64,000 bases of DNA, taken from Bacilli bacterium. GTDB lineage: Bacteria > Bacillota_I > Bacilli_A > RFN20 > CAG-826. The notes below the pieces were generated by a model, which was given only the letters and a program-made list of their open reading frames with translations, did no database searches and had not been told where the DNA came from. The stretch spans positions 2,670 through 66,669 of the forward strand of contig JAQWCH010000005.1 in assembly GCA_028705995.1 (NCBI GenBank), given 5' to 3'. This document shows positions 1 to 9,148 of this stretch, in pieces (position 1 is the first letter of the stretch; each line of letters starts with the position of its first letter). Position numbers and translations under genes: made by a program.

Positions 1-382
1 GGCAATACCAACCTTCATACTTACCGAGATAAATATCACCGCGATTTAACATATTAGAAAAAAGCGTTTGCACAGTTTTTTCGTGTCGCTCATCGGTTGT
101 ACGAATAAAATCATCATTAGTAATATGAAGCCTTTTCCACAAATCTTGGAAATTCAAGATTATTTGATCAACAAACGCTTGTGGTGTCATCCCCGCAGCT
201 TCGGCGTTGCGTTCAATCTTTAATCCGTGCTCGTCAGCACCTGTTAAAAAGTATGTTTCATAACCTTGTAGACGCCGAAAACGCGCATAGACATCACAAA
301 GTGTCGTGCAGTACGCATGACCAATATGAAGTTTCGCGCTCGGGTAATAAATTGGCGTTGTAATGTAAAATCTGTTCTTCAT
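1..382 (-). CDS. metG: methionyl-tRNA synthetase, N-terminal fragment (gene runs off the window start)
   Basis: Absent from the ORF track because it is truncated by the window edge. The reverse complement from ATG 382 reads MKNRFYITTPIYYPSAKLHIGHAYCTTLCDVYARFRRLQGYETYFLTGADEHG... This contains the class I HIGH motif and a typical MetRS N-terminus. A GAGGTG SD lies 6 nt upstream. Confidence 0.85.
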   Translation of the reverse strand, partial: MKNRFYITTPIYYPSAKLHIGHAYCTTLCDVYARFRRLQGYETYFLTGADEHGLKIERNAEAAGMTPQAFVDQIILNFQDLWKRLHITNDDFIRTTDERHEKTVQTLFSNMLNRGDIYLGKYEGWYC

Positions 383-408
383 AAATAACACCTCGCATTA
401 ATAATAAC

Positions 409-437
409 AAAAAACCGCCACCCGAGTGGATGACGGT
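409..437 (-). terminator. rho-independent terminator after rpmE
   Basis: The minus strand reads ACCGTCATCCACTCGGGTGGCGGT (imperfect stem-loop) followed by TTTTTT. Confidence 0.5.
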
Positions 438-444
438 AAGAAAT

Positions 445-654
445 TTACTTTTTGATTCCGTATTTCTTGTTGAAACGATCGACCCGGCCATCGGCTTGTG
501 TAAACCGTTGCTTGCCCGTATAGAAGGGGTGGCAATTTGAACAGGTATCAACTTTGATTTCTTCCCCTAAGGTTGTGCCTGTTTCAAATGTTGTTCCACA
601 TGTGACACAAGTGACAGTTGCACGATGATATTTAGGGTGAATTTTCTCTTTCAT
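445..654 (-). CDS. rpmE: 50S ribosomal protein L31
   Basis: 69 aa starting [10 protein letters not shown], with CxxC...CxxCHPFYTG zinc-ribbon motifs typical of L31. A GGAAGGAGA SD is present. Confidence 0.95.
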   Translation of the reverse strand: MKEKIHPKYHRATVTCVTCGTTFETGTTLGEEIKVDTCSNCHPFYTGKQRFTQADGRVDRFNKKYGIKK

Positions 655-750
655 AAGTTAGGTCTCCTTCCGCCTTAAACTCTTGGCGAGTCTAAAGAAA
701 GTTTGCTTAGTTATATTATCACGCACCCGCGTGTAAAGCAATGAGAATAA

Positions 751-1287
751 TTATTGATTTTTTTCTTCATAATCGGTTGGTGGAAGTGAATCATTTTTAT
801 GGGTCACAATTGGTTGGTTGTAATTATCGCGCAGCTCAGATAAGTCGGCAAAAGTTAAATAAATAACAGGCGATAAAACAACACCGAGAATGATTACGAT
901 GTCATAAACTATAAAGACAATTTTTACAAAAAGGTAATCTGCTGGCGGATAATTTGCGAGCAAGATGTAGACCGCGATAGCAAATAGCGATAAACCCGCT
1001 AAAACAAAGAAAGTTCCCCGATAGTAGCGATTCCACATTGCTTTGGTCATCATTTCGTTTTTACTTTTTCTTAGACCGAAATAAAGAACTAATAGTAAAT
1101 ACGAAACAAATGAAATCATTGTTGTTAATATCTCAAAAATAACACTAAATGTATAGCCAATCCCACTTGTAAAATAATAACTTAAAATAAAAAAGGCAAT
1201 CAGTATGCTAAGCGAAATGAGCTCACTGAGAAATATTGGTAATAGCGTTTTTTTAAAATACATTTTTTTATTTGTCATATTGTTCAA
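751..1287 (-). CDS. hypothetical integral membrane protein
   Basis: 178-aa ORF with 4-5 hydrophobic helices (LLPIFLSELISLSILIAFFIL, FFVLAGLSLFAIAVYILL, IVFIVYDIVIILGVVLSPVIY). No family recognised. It overlaps the upstream ORF by 20 nt. Confidence 0.6.
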   Translation of the reverse strand: MNNMTNKKMYFKKTLLPIFLSELISLSILIAFFILSYYFTSGIGYTFSVIFEILTTMISFVSYLLLVLYFGLRKSKNEMMTKAMWNRYYRGTFFVLAGLSLFAIAVYILLANYPPADYLFVKIVFIVYDIVIILGVVLSPVIYLTFADLSELRDNYNQPIVTHKNDSLPPTDYEEKNQ

Positions 1288-1864
1288 GGTAATTTTCCGC
1301 CCAATAACGCCGCGGTAAATACATCACGTCTTTGCTTTTACTCGGTAGAGCAATGATAAGATTAAAACCAAGCTTAAAGTTCATTATTTGGTCGGGGAAT
1401 ACTTCAATGTATTGCAAGTAGATAATATGCCCATCGCTGATTGAACTCGGTAATAAAACGTATTTTGGTTCGGCAACCTCAACGTTGACCGCATTATACA
1501 ATTTTCTTTCTTTTAAATTACGCGGTTTGGCTTCCGCGAATTGCTGTAATTTTTGTGATACAGCTTCTAGAAGTTTTGGTTCTTCTTCAAATGCGAGTTC
1601 AGGAGAAAATATTGCCCAACTAAAATATGGTTCGTCGCTTGTTGCGCGCGGCAAGAAAGTTTTAAACGTATAGGCCCAGAAAAGCATCCCCTCCCGCGCA
1701 AGTTTTTCACGTTGATAATACCCACGAGTGAGAAATCCGTGCAACCGATCTTTAAGTGTTTCTTTTCGTGTCAAATATTTAATCGCTTGGTGGTCAAATT
1801 GCATTTGTTGTAACGCAAAAACCGTTTTACATGACTCGAGTAAGTTTTTTGTAGGTTCAATCAT
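1268..1864 (-). CDS. hypothetical soluble protein
   Basis: 198-aa ORF with no motif I recognise. It is translationally coupled (20-nt overlap) to the membrane ORF downstream and divergent from tldD. Confidence 0.6.
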   Translation of the reverse strand: MIEPTKNLLESCKTVFALQQMQFDHQAIKYLTRKETLKDRLHGFLTRGYYQREKLAREGMLFWAYTFKTFLPRATSDEPYFSWAIFSPELAFEEEPKLLEAVSQKLQQFAEAKPRNLKERKLYNAVNVEVAEPKYVLLPSSISDGHIIYLQYIEVFPDQIMNFKLGFNLIIALPSKSKDVMYLPRRYWAENYLEQYDK

Positions 1865-1962
1865 ATTTTAATTTTATCATTAAACAGTAATATACTATAG
1901 AAAGTTATATTAACATGGTAAAATATACGTTATTAAGTGGTTTTTAAGTAAGGAGGCATCTT

Positions 1963-3360
1963 ATGATCAGTAAAAATCTCGCAGTGCAAGTGCTCAACGC
2001 CGGTTTAGCAACTGGTGCTGATTTTGTAGAAATATTTTTAGAAGAAAATCCATTGCTTTCGATTCAAGTCGAAAATGGTCACGTAAAAGAAATTAATAGT
2101 TCTTTGCAATATGGTGCAGGCATTCGTTTACTAAAGGATTTACAAAGCGTTTATGGCTCAACCAGTGACGTATCAAGAAAAGGATTGCTCAAGCTTGCCA
2201 GCCAACTAGCGGCATCTTTTTCCGGACCAGCAATTAAAAGTGTTGATAAAATTACGAAAAAAAGAAATCATAACTATTATCCAGCAGAAAAACGTTTAGA
2301 TTACATTCCGAATCAAGAAAAAATTAAATTGATGAAAGAATGCTCAAATCTCATGAGTGAATATGATCCTTCGATCAAAATAGCGCGTGTGTTTTTCTCG
2401 GAATCAATTCAAAAGGTCACAATTTATAACTCGGACGGCTTCCACTTCGAAGATACGCGTCCCCGTTTAAGAATGTTCTTCCTCCCAATTGCTGTTGGTC
2501 CAAACGGAATGGAAACCGGTGGTGAGGGACCTGGTGCAACTGGTGGATGGGAATTTTTCACCGATGTTCATGATGCAAAAAACACAGCATTAAGAGCAGC
2601 TGAACAAGCAGTGAGAACATTAAACGCTAAAGAATGCCCAAGCGGGAAAATGCCAGTCGTGATTGGCAATGGCTTTGGTGGTGTTATTTTCCACGAAGCA
2701 TGTGGTCATTCATTGGAAGCAACTTCAGTCGCGCGTGGCATCTCCGTTTTCTCCAATAAAAAAGGTCAACAAATCGCCAGTCCGCTTGTGACAGCAATTG
2801 ATGATGGCACAATTGATAAAGCCTGGGGCTCAATCAATATAGATGATGAAGGACATCCTTCACAAAAGAATGTGTTAATTAAAAACGGTATTCTCACTTC
2901 TTATATGATCGATCGACTCAATGGCCGGCGCATGGGTGCTGTATCGACTGGTTCTGGTCGGCGGCAAAATTATAGTTATGAGCCAACAAGCCGAATGACA
3001 AATACCTACATTGATAATGGCAAATCGACACCCGAAGAAATAATTTCTTCGGTAAAGCTTGGTTTATACGCCAAATCGCTTGGTGGTGGCTCAGTTAACC
3101 CGGCAACTGGTGAATTTAACTTTGCTTGTTCAGAAGCATATATCATTCGTGAAGGCAAAGTTGCTGAACCAGTAAAAGGCGCAACATTAATCGGAAGCGG
3201 TGAAGATATCTTGAAAAACATTACTATGGTGGGTAACGATTTAAAGCGTGCCCAAGGAATGTGTGGCTCAGTATCGGGGTCGATCCCTGTTGATGTTGGC
3301 CAACCGACAATTCTCGTTAGTGAAATCACCGTTGGTGGTCGTGGAGGAAAATTACAATGA
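1963..3360 (+). CDS. tldD: TldD family metalloprotease
   Basis: 465 aa with an HEACGH zinc motif and a conserved C-terminal GGxGG region. An AGGAGG SD is present. Confidence 0.9.
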   Translation: MISKNLAVQVLNAGLATGADFVEIFLEENPLLSIQVENGHVKEINSSLQYGAGIRLLKDLQSVYGSTSDVSRKGLLKLASQLAASFSGPAIKSVDKITKKRNHNYYPAEKRLDYIPNQEKIKLMKECSNLMSEYDPSIKIARVFFSESIQKVTIYNSDGFHFEDTRPRLRMFFLPIAVGPNGMETGGEGPGATGGWEFFTDVHDAKNTALRAAEQAVRTLNAKECPSGKMPVVIGNGFGGVIFHEACGHSLEATSVARGISVFSNKKGQQIASPLVTAIDDGTIDKAWGSINIDDEGHPSQKNVLIKNGILTSYMIDRLNGRRMGAVSTGSGRRQNYSYEPTSRMTNTYIDNGKSTPEEIISSVKLGLYAKSLGGGSVNPATGEFNFACSEAYIIREGKVAEPVKGATLIGSGEDILKNITMVGNDLKRAQGMCGSVSGSIPVDVGQPTILVSEITVGGRGGKLQ

Positions 3361-4682
3361 ACAAAAAGTATCTTCCGTTTTTTGATCAAGCCAAAAAACT
3401 TGGAATAATAGAAAGCGAAATAACTTTTCAAAAAAGTCGCGCAACAAGTATTGATATATTTCATAGTGAAGTGTCATCTTTTTCAATTTCTGATAGTCAG
3501 GACCTTGTCGCGCGTGGTGTTTTAAATAATCACTTTGGCGCGGCACACACTGAAAAAGTTGATAAAGCGAATATCATAAATTTAGCCGATCAAATCGCTG
3601 TTAATGCTTCGCTCAACGAAAATGATGATCCAGCGATTATTTTTAAAGGTTCAAAAAAATATCGAAAAAAGAATATATACAACCCTGAAGTCGATTCTGT
3701 TAGTGTTGATGATAAAATTAAACTACTGTTGGATATTGAAAAACGGCTTAAATCTGCTGATAAACGCGTTAGTGAAGTTTCATCAGTATCGTATGAAGAA
3801 ACGTATTCCGAATTTGTTTTAATGAACTCCTATGGACTGGATCTTAGTAGCAAGAGCAACTACTTCTATATTTATGCCGAAGTTGTTGTTAAAAGCGGTG
3901 ATGAAGTGAAAACCGGTTACAAAATTTTCCTCAACAATAGTTTCAAAGACTTCAACATCGATCAATTTGTTAACGATGTAGTAAACGATGCAACTAGAAA
4001 ATTAGGTGGTAAACCGATTCCTTCTGGTAAGTATAAAACGGTAATTAACCCGAAAGTTACATCAAGCCTGCTTAGCTTTTATATGCGGAGTGCGGTTGCA
4101 GAAAATATACAAAAACACACTTCGCTTTTTGAAGGCAAACTCGGCGAACAAATCGCAAGTAAAAAAGTCACAATTAACGAAGAACCATTGAAAAACAACA
4201 TTTTCTATACTTACTTTGATGCAGAAGGTGTCGCGACTTCAAATAAATCCTTTGTTGAAAAAGGGGTTTTGAAAACTTACGCCTACAATTTATCAACCGC
4301 CGCAAAAGACAATGTCGAAACAACAGGTAACGCTGGTGGTGGCGGTTCAAAAATTGGCACAACCTACGTCAACCTTGTGCTAAAACCCGGACGTTTAAGT
4401 GAGCAAGAATTATTCGAAAAAATCCAAAACGGATTCTATCTTACTGAAGTACAGGGTCTCCACGCTGGATTAAATCCAACCAGCGGAAATTTCTCCTTAC
4501 AAGCAAGCGGATTTGTAATTAGAGATGGTAAAATGGCTGAGCCAGTTTCATTGATTACGGTGGCTGGTAATTTGCTTGATATATTTAAAGATGTTGTCGC
4601 TGTTGGCAATAATCTTGAATTACAAACAAGTTCAACAAGTGCTCCATCAATATTAATTAAAAAGCTCGCAGTCGCTGGCTAA
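3357..4682 (+). CDS. pmbA: PmbA/TldE family protease partner
   Basis: 441 aa, a TldD paralogue without HExxH. It has an ATGA start/stop overlap with tldD, the usual TldD/TldE pair arrangement. Confidence 0.85.
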   Translation: MNKKYLPFFDQAKKLGIIESEITFQKSRATSIDIFHSEVSSFSISDSQDLVARGVLNNHFGAAHTEKVDKANIINLADQIAVNASLNENDDPAIIFKGSKKYRKKNIYNPEVDSVSVDDKIKLLLDIEKRLKSADKRVSEVSSVSYEETYSEFVLMNSYGLDLSSKSNYFYIYAEVVVKSGDEVKTGYKIFLNNSFKDFNIDQFVNDVVNDATRKLGGKPIPSGKYKTVINPKVTSSLLSFYMRSAVAENIQKHTSLFEGKLGEQIASKKVTINEEPLKNNIFYTYFDAEGVATSNKSFVEKGVLKTYAYNLSTAAKDNVETTGNAGGGGSKIGTTYVNLVLKPGRLSEQELFEKIQNGFYLTEVQGLHAGLNPTSGNFSLQASGFVIRDGKMAEPVSLITVAGNLLDIFKDVVAVGNNLELQTSSTSAPSILIKKLAVAG

Positions 4683-4689
4683 AAAAAAC

Positions 4690-4730
4690 AACCCCCATAA
4701 TCCAAACGCGAATTAAGGGGGTTTTTATTT
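4690..4730. terminator. hairpin terminator between convergent pmbA and degV
   Basis: AACCCCCATAAT...ATTAAGGGGGTT stem, flanked by an A-run upstream and TTTTTATTTT downstream. Confidence 0.5.
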
Positions 4731-4778
4731 TGCAATTATCTTGGTTAAAAGCCCTTATTTTTAAGTAATGGCTACAAA

Positions 4779-5642
4779 TCAGGCTTGTTTTCTTATATAG
4801 AGAATACCAATGGTTCCCGCGCCACAATGCGAGGAAATAACGCAACCGGCTTCTGTTAAAATGATGTTTGCTTCAGGGGCTACTTCTTTAATTTTTTCAA
4901 TATAATACTGAGCGGATTCTGGGGTCTGTGAGTGCGTAACAAATACGCGATCAAGATAGATGCCCGTTTGATAATCTTCGATAAAAACATCTAGTTGATG
5001 GTTGAGTCCTTTAATCATTTTGCCTTTGGGTGCGGCGGTGTTTTCAATTTTGCCGTCAATTACTTGGAGGAAAGGCCGTGCCCGCACAAGTTTTCCCATT
5101 AGATAGGTTAAGCCAGAACAGCGACCGCCTTTATACAAATATGTCATTTCTTCAACAACAAATTGAGCGCGAACAAGCGGAACAACGCGTTCCATCTCTT
5201 TAGCTACTTCATCAAGTGTATGACCAGCTGCGGCATAATCAATTCCGTGTAACAATGTTAGTGAGATACCCGTTGATAAGTTGCCCGAATCAATTAATCG
5301 AATGCGTTCTTTGGCTTCGGGAATATCTTCCATAGCGAGGATTGCATTAGAATAGGTTGCCGATAGTTTCGAACCGATCCCAATGTAGATAATATCGTAA
5401 TCTTTTTCTAGCCACTGGTTAAAAGCGATAAGAAAATCTTTTGGAGCGATAGCGGCGGTTTTCGGCATCACGTTTTTTTCTTCAATCTTTTTATAGAGTT
5501 CGGCAGTCTTGATATCGACTCCATCACGATACTCAGTTCCATCCAAGATAACGATTAATGGGAGCACATCAATGTCATATTTTTTGTAAATATCAGTTGT
5601 AAGGTCGGAAGTCGAGTCAGTAATAAACTTAATTTTGCGCAT
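4779..5642 (-). CDS. DegV family fatty-acid-binding protein
   Basis: MRKIKFITDSTSDL... is the typical DegV N-terminus. I moved the start to ATG 5642 (AAGGAGAA SD 8 nt upstream) rather than the ORF-track start at 5696. Confidence 0.85.
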   Translation of the reverse strand: MRKIKFITDSTSDLTTDIYKKYDIDVLPLIVILDGTEYRDGVDIKTAELYKKIEEKNVMPKTAAIAPKDFLIAFNQWLEKDYDIIYIGIGSKLSATYSNAILAMEDIPEAKERIRLIDSGNLSTGISLTLLHGIDYAAAGHTLDEVAKEMERVVPLVRAQFVVEEMTYLYKGGRCSGLTYLMGKLVRARPFLQVIDGKIENTAAPKGKMIKGLNHQLDVFIEDYQTGIYLDRVFVTHSQTPESAQYYIEKIKEVAPEANIILTEAGCVISSHCGAGTIGILYIRKQA

Positions 5643-5808
5643 ATAAAGTGCTTCTCCTTGCCTAAACATTATACGTTTAATCGCTTCTTGCTTCAATTGT
5701 AGAACAATTTAAAAACCAAGATGAGTAGAAAAAAGCCCAGTATGAGAGATGAAATTTCTTTTATTTTAAAAACATGCTATCATTATTAATTAGAAAGGAT
5801 AATAGATC

Positions 5809-6309
5809 ATGAAAAAGTTTTTAACTGAATTTAAAGATTTTATCACTAAAGGAAACGTCTTAGACTTAGCTGTTGGCGTTATTATCGGTGGCGCATTCCG
5901 CGCAATCGTTAATTCGCTTGTTGCTGACTTAATCATGCCATTAATTTCCGCTGTTGTTGGCGCTGATGTTACGGACTGGGTCTGGCAAATCAAACCTGCA
6001 ATTCCGGGTGACGGTAATGGCGATGGCGTTATTGCAGATGGCGAACTACTTAAGGAAGCTGTCGTACTCCGTTATGGTAATTTCATTCAAGCGATCATTG
6101 ATTTCTTAATCATCGCATTTGTCTTGTTTGTGATTATTAAGGCAGCAATGGCATCCGCTAAAGCTCGTGAAAATCTCAAAAAGAAAAAAGCTGAAGAAGC
6201 CGCGGTTGAAGCCGTTGCGGAAGAACCAGCTGCACCAGCTAATGCTGAAGAAGTTGCTATCCTTAAAGAAATCGTCGAACTATTAAAAAAACAAGATAAA
6301 GATAAATAA
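5809..6309 (+). CDS. mscL: large-conductance mechanosensitive channel
   Basis: FKDFITKGNVLDLAVGVIIGGAF...LIMPLI is the MscL TM1 signature. The protein has a longer loop and a charged C-terminal tail. Confidence 0.85.
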   Translation: MKKFLTEFKDFITKGNVLDLAVGVIIGGAFRAIVNSLVADLIMPLISAVVGADVTDWVWQIKPAIPGDGNGDGVIADGELLKEAVVLRYGNFIQAIIDFLIIAFVLFVIIKAAMASAKARENLKKKKAEEAAVEAVAEEPAAPANAEEVAILKEIVELLKKQDKDK

Positions 6310-6326
6310 TCTTATCTAAACGAAGA

Positions 6327-6359
6327 AAGCGTATCAATGAATTCTGATACGCTTTTTTA
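6327..6359. terminator. bidirectional rho-independent terminator
   Basis: AAAGCGTATCA-loop-TGATACGCTTT followed by TTTTT. An A/T run on the other side gives a U-tract for the minus strand too. Confidence 0.6.
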
Positions 6360-6371
6360 TTTGCCATAAGC

Positions 6372-6400
6372 GCAAGGCCCCATGAATCATGGAGCCTTGC
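6372..6400 (-). terminator. long hairpin just after the lipoprotein gene stop
   Basis: GCAAGGCCCCATG-AAT-CATGGAGCCTTGC forms a 12-bp stem with one mismatch, 25 nt after the stop at 6426. There is no direct U-run, so it may act together with the 6327-6359 hairpin. Confidence 0.4.
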
Positions 6401-6425
6401 TTTCGGGGGGGTTATAAGTGAATGA

Positions 6426-7442
6426 CTACTCGCCAATAAGCTGATATGTTACCGTCTGTTCGCCGGTTTCCTCATTGGTCGTAACAACTTTTTCATAAGT
6501 TGCCACTAGTTCATCATTAACTACTACTTTAATAATCGCGACTGCATCGCCATCAACGACTTCTTCATAACGTAGCTGATAGATATTGCCATCGATTAGG
6601 ATGCGCATTTTTGCTTCGTCATCTTTTTCATCGTCTTGTTCGATTTTTAATGTGTAATTTTGTGTGAGAACGCCATCTTCAACGACGCGATACACAAATT
6701 TTTCTTCTTTTTCGTTTTCTTCAACTTCAATTTCTTGTTTGACCATTACGTAATTATTGTCATCCAAGAATAAACGGAAGCGAATTTCTTCTTCGTATTC
6801 ACCGTCTTCTTCATCAATTTCAATTTCGGTGTGCGACACGAATTGATATTCGGTTTCATCAATTATTGCAACACCTGTGATTTTTGTTTTCACTTCGTTG
6901 CTATTTGTTTCAGCTTCGAACTCACCATTATCGTGTTCTTCACTTGGTCCCGCTTGATTTCCACCCTCGTCATCACCCTTAACAAGCACATCTTCTTCGT
7001 TATAGTAGAGTTTATAAGTTTCTAATTCGCCAGTTGGGGCAGTAAAAGTGATTTCCTGCAAATTTTCATAACCTTCTAGATCACTTATTGTTGTGGTTGT
7101 TTCGAAACCATTACCATTGGTGTATAAAAAGTCGAGTTGTGCAACAAGTTGATCAATTGCTGGATCACTAACCAACACTTCTTCTTCACTAGAATCCTCA
7201 ATGGGAGCTTCTTCGCTTGTGTCTTCTGAACCATCATCTAGCAAATACGGTGTTCTCGGAGCGGATTGCATAGTCGTCATGGTTGCGCTCGGAGCATCAA
7301 ATAAAGCAATCGCTGTGGCGGCTTCAAACGCAAGTGTTTCAGTTGGATTGATTTCTGTTTCATCCGAACCAAATAAATTGCTGCAGGAAGCAAGCGTCAC
7401 TGCCATGCCTAACAAAGCAACTGTTGTTATTGTTTTTTTCAT
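6426..7442 (-). CDS. acidic lipoprotein, unknown function
   Basis: MKKTITTVALLGMAVTLASC signal peptide with a lipobox (LASC). The mature part is very Glu/Asp-rich. An AAAGGAGG SD is present. Confidence 0.7.
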   Translation of the reverse strand: MKKTITTVALLGMAVTLASCSNLFGSDETEINPTETLAFEAATAIALFDAPSATMTTMQSAPRTPYLLDDGSEDTSEEAPIEDSSEEEVLVSDPAIDQLVAQLDFLYTNGNGFETTTTISDLEGYENLQEITFTAPTGELETYKLYYNEEDVLVKGDDEGGNQAGPSEEHDNGEFEAETNSNEVKTKITGVAIIDETEYQFVSHTEIEIDEEDGEYEEEIRFRLFLDDNNYVMVKQEIEVEENEKEEKFVYRVVEDGVLTQNYTLKIEQDDEKDDEAKMRILIDGNIYQLRYEEVVDGDAVAIIKVVVNDELVATYEKVVTTNEETGEQTVTYQLIGE

Positions 7443-7470
7443 ATCAAGGCCTCCTTTTTATTTTGCCTTC

Positions 7471-7504
7471 AATATAAATACGAAATACAATCGTGTTTTA
7501 TTGG
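7471..7504 (-). promoter_or_regulatory. candidate ECF-type promoter of the lipoprotein gene
   Basis: The minus strand reads CCAAT-N17-CGTATTTATATT, the same architecture as the site upstream of the sigma gene (9087-9120). Confidence 0.45.
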
Positions 7505-7517
7505 GAAAAAATAAAAA

Positions 7518-8546
7518 TTATTTATTTGGACCCATCATATGTTTATATTCATAACGATGACGACCAACAACTTTTACTTCTATTGTTTCGTCACCAGTAT
7601 TAATGTAATAAGTTTCGCGGTTTTGCACTTGAACTTCAAAACGATATTGATTAGCGTTTCTTGTGGCGTCAACTTGTAGAGAATACTGGCCATCTTCAAC
7701 TTCGGCCTTGATTTCCACATTTGAAACAAGTGTTTCGTCTTCATATTCACTATATGAAAACTTTTGTTCTGTTTCTTCGTTTTCGCTTTGAATCGAAATT
7801 TTCCGCGTGTTCGATAAATGTACGTTAATCTTTAAATCTGTTTCCATGTCATTAAGATCAACTTCTTTTTCACCGTCAACTCGATAAACATTCTCGTTTG
7901 CGTGTAACTCGCCAACGATTTCGGTTTCACTTTCTTCTTCATCAGCATCTTCAAATGTCATATTACAATAAATATAAAGCTCGGCACTTATTTGAACTTG
8001 ATATTGATATATGTTATATACACCAACAAATTCCCCTTGATCGGTTGTAAAGTCAAGCCCACTACTTGCTTGCGTAAATGTTTCCACAAGTGGCATCGTG
8101 TAGTCGAGTGTTTCTTCAATGCTGTATGTAACACTTGAACTCGTATTGGAATTTGATTTTAAGACATCTTTTTCTTCTTCTAATTTAAATACTTCGATAA
8201 GGCCATCAGTATCCGAGAAGGCAAGCGAAGAAGCTGTCATGAAGACAAATTCGCCTTCGGTTCCACCAGGAATTTCAGCTTGCCGTAAAACACTTGGATC
8301 AGTCGTGCCAGAGCTTGTGGTATTTGGTTGGGCAATGATGACAATTGCTGCCGTCATTGCGGCCGCTAAAGTTAATGTGCTTGGAATTAACACCCAATTT
8401 TTCTTTTTATTAAAGATTTTTTTGTGTTCCTGACGAACTTCATAAGTATGCAAAATCTCAGATGCCGTCAATTGAATTTTCGGATCTGATTGATGTTGTT
8501 TGATGATAGATTTGATTTTTTGATCATCAATCTTGCGCATATTCAC
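7518..8546 (-). CDS. putative membrane-anchored anti-sigma factor
   Basis: Overlaps the sigma gene stop by 20 nt (GTG 8546 or ATG 8540). It has a cytoplasmic N-terminus of about 50 aa, one TM helix (WVLIPSTLTLAAAMTAAIVIIA) and an acidic ectodomain of about 270 aa. No ZAS motif is present. The call is based on position and topology. Confidence 0.55.
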   Translation of the reverse strand: MNMRKIDDQKIKSIIKQHQSDPKIQLTASEILHTYEVRQEHKKIFNKKKNWVLIPSTLTLAAAMTAAIVIIAQPNTTSSGTTDPSVLRQAEIPGGTEGEFVFMTASSLAFSDTDGLIEVFKLEEEKDVLKSNSNTSSSVTYSIEETLDYTMPLVETFTQASSGLDFTTDQGEFVGVYNIYQYQVQISAELYIYCNMTFEDADEEESETEIVGELHANENVYRVDGEKEVDLNDMETDLKINVHLSNTRKISIQSENEETEQKFSYSEYEDETLVSNVEIKAEVEDGQYSLQVDATRNANQYRFEVQVQNRETYYINTGDETIEVKVVGRHRYEYKHMMGPNK

Positions 8547-9075
8547 TTAGTCCTTTCTCAAGTTTTTTTATCGCATTACGATAAGTCCATGTTACTGTTC
8601 CTAGTGGTTTTTTCATGATTTTAGCAATTTCTTTGTGCGAGAGTTCGTTGATCACGTGCAGAATCACAATTTCGTATTCTTCGGGCCGTAACAACTCACG
8701 CATTCTTGCCTGAACTCTTTCAAAGTCATCATCGACTTCCGCATCAACTGCTCCGTACGCCTCGGTGTTATCATATTCTTCAAGATATGATTCTTTTTGC
8801 TTTTTCCGTTGATAATCAATTGCAAGATTGCGTCCAATTCGTAATAGGTACCCCAACGGATTTTTATTAGAATCGAGCGTTTTGACATTTTCAAGAAAAC
8901 GAATATACGCTTCTTGCATAATGTCTTCACTGCTATCTTCATCACGTAAAATCGCAACAACTGAGTAAAATAGAGCTTTTTTGGTCAAGGCGAAAAATTC
9001 GTCGAAGACTGTCAAATCACCACTTTGAATCTTCGATAAGAGAGCAATTAAGATTTCTTGTTCCGTATCTTTCAT
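8527..9075 (-). CDS. ECF (group IV) RNA polymerase sigma factor
   Basis: 182 aa. Region 2 reads DIMQEAYIRFLEN...NPLGYLLRIGRNLAIDYQRK. Region 4 HTH reads LSHKEIAKIMKKPLGTVTWTYRNAIKKLE. Confidence 0.85.
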   Translation of the reverse strand: MKDTEQEILIALLSKIQSGDLTVFDEFFALTKKALFYSVVAILRDEDSSEDIMQEAYIRFLENVKTLDSNKNPLGYLLRIGRNLAIDYQRKKQKESYLEEYDNTEAYGAVDAEVDDDFERVQARMRELLRPEEYEIVILHVINELSHKEIAKIMKKPLGTVTWTYRNAIKKLEKGLSEYAQD

Positions 9076-9086
9076 TACTCTCCCCT

Positions 9087-9120
9087 ATTATAAATACGCA
9101 AATCTATTTATTTTTGTTGG
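9087..9120 (-). promoter_or_regulatory. candidate autoregulated ECF-type promoter of the sigma operon
   Basis: The minus strand reads CCAAC-N17-CGTATTTATAAT and ends 11 nt before the ATG. The GGGGAG SD follows. Confidence 0.45.
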
Positions 9121-9148
9121 AATTACCATATTTTTGTTAATAAATAGT

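Noticed and set aside
1092-1125. Third ECF-like motif ACAAC-N17-CGTATTTAC on the minus strand.
   Set aside because: It lies inside the coding sequence of the membrane ORF, has a weaker -35 and lies about 450 nt upstream of the next start (rpmE). An 8-mer core match is expected a few times by chance in 64 kb of AT-rich DNA.
3006-3464. 152-aa antisense ORF. The same applies to similar antisense ORFs at 13105-13431, 18385-18801, 28646-29278, 40007-40339 and 51246-51590.
   Set aside because: Each is fully embedded antisense to strongly supported conserved genes. The translations are low-complexity and no SDs are present.
5721-5789. 22-codon small ORF (MSRKKPSMRDEISFILKTCYHY) in the degV-mscL divergent region.
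   Set aside because: No SD is present, and it sits where the two divergent promoters must be. There is no supporting feature.
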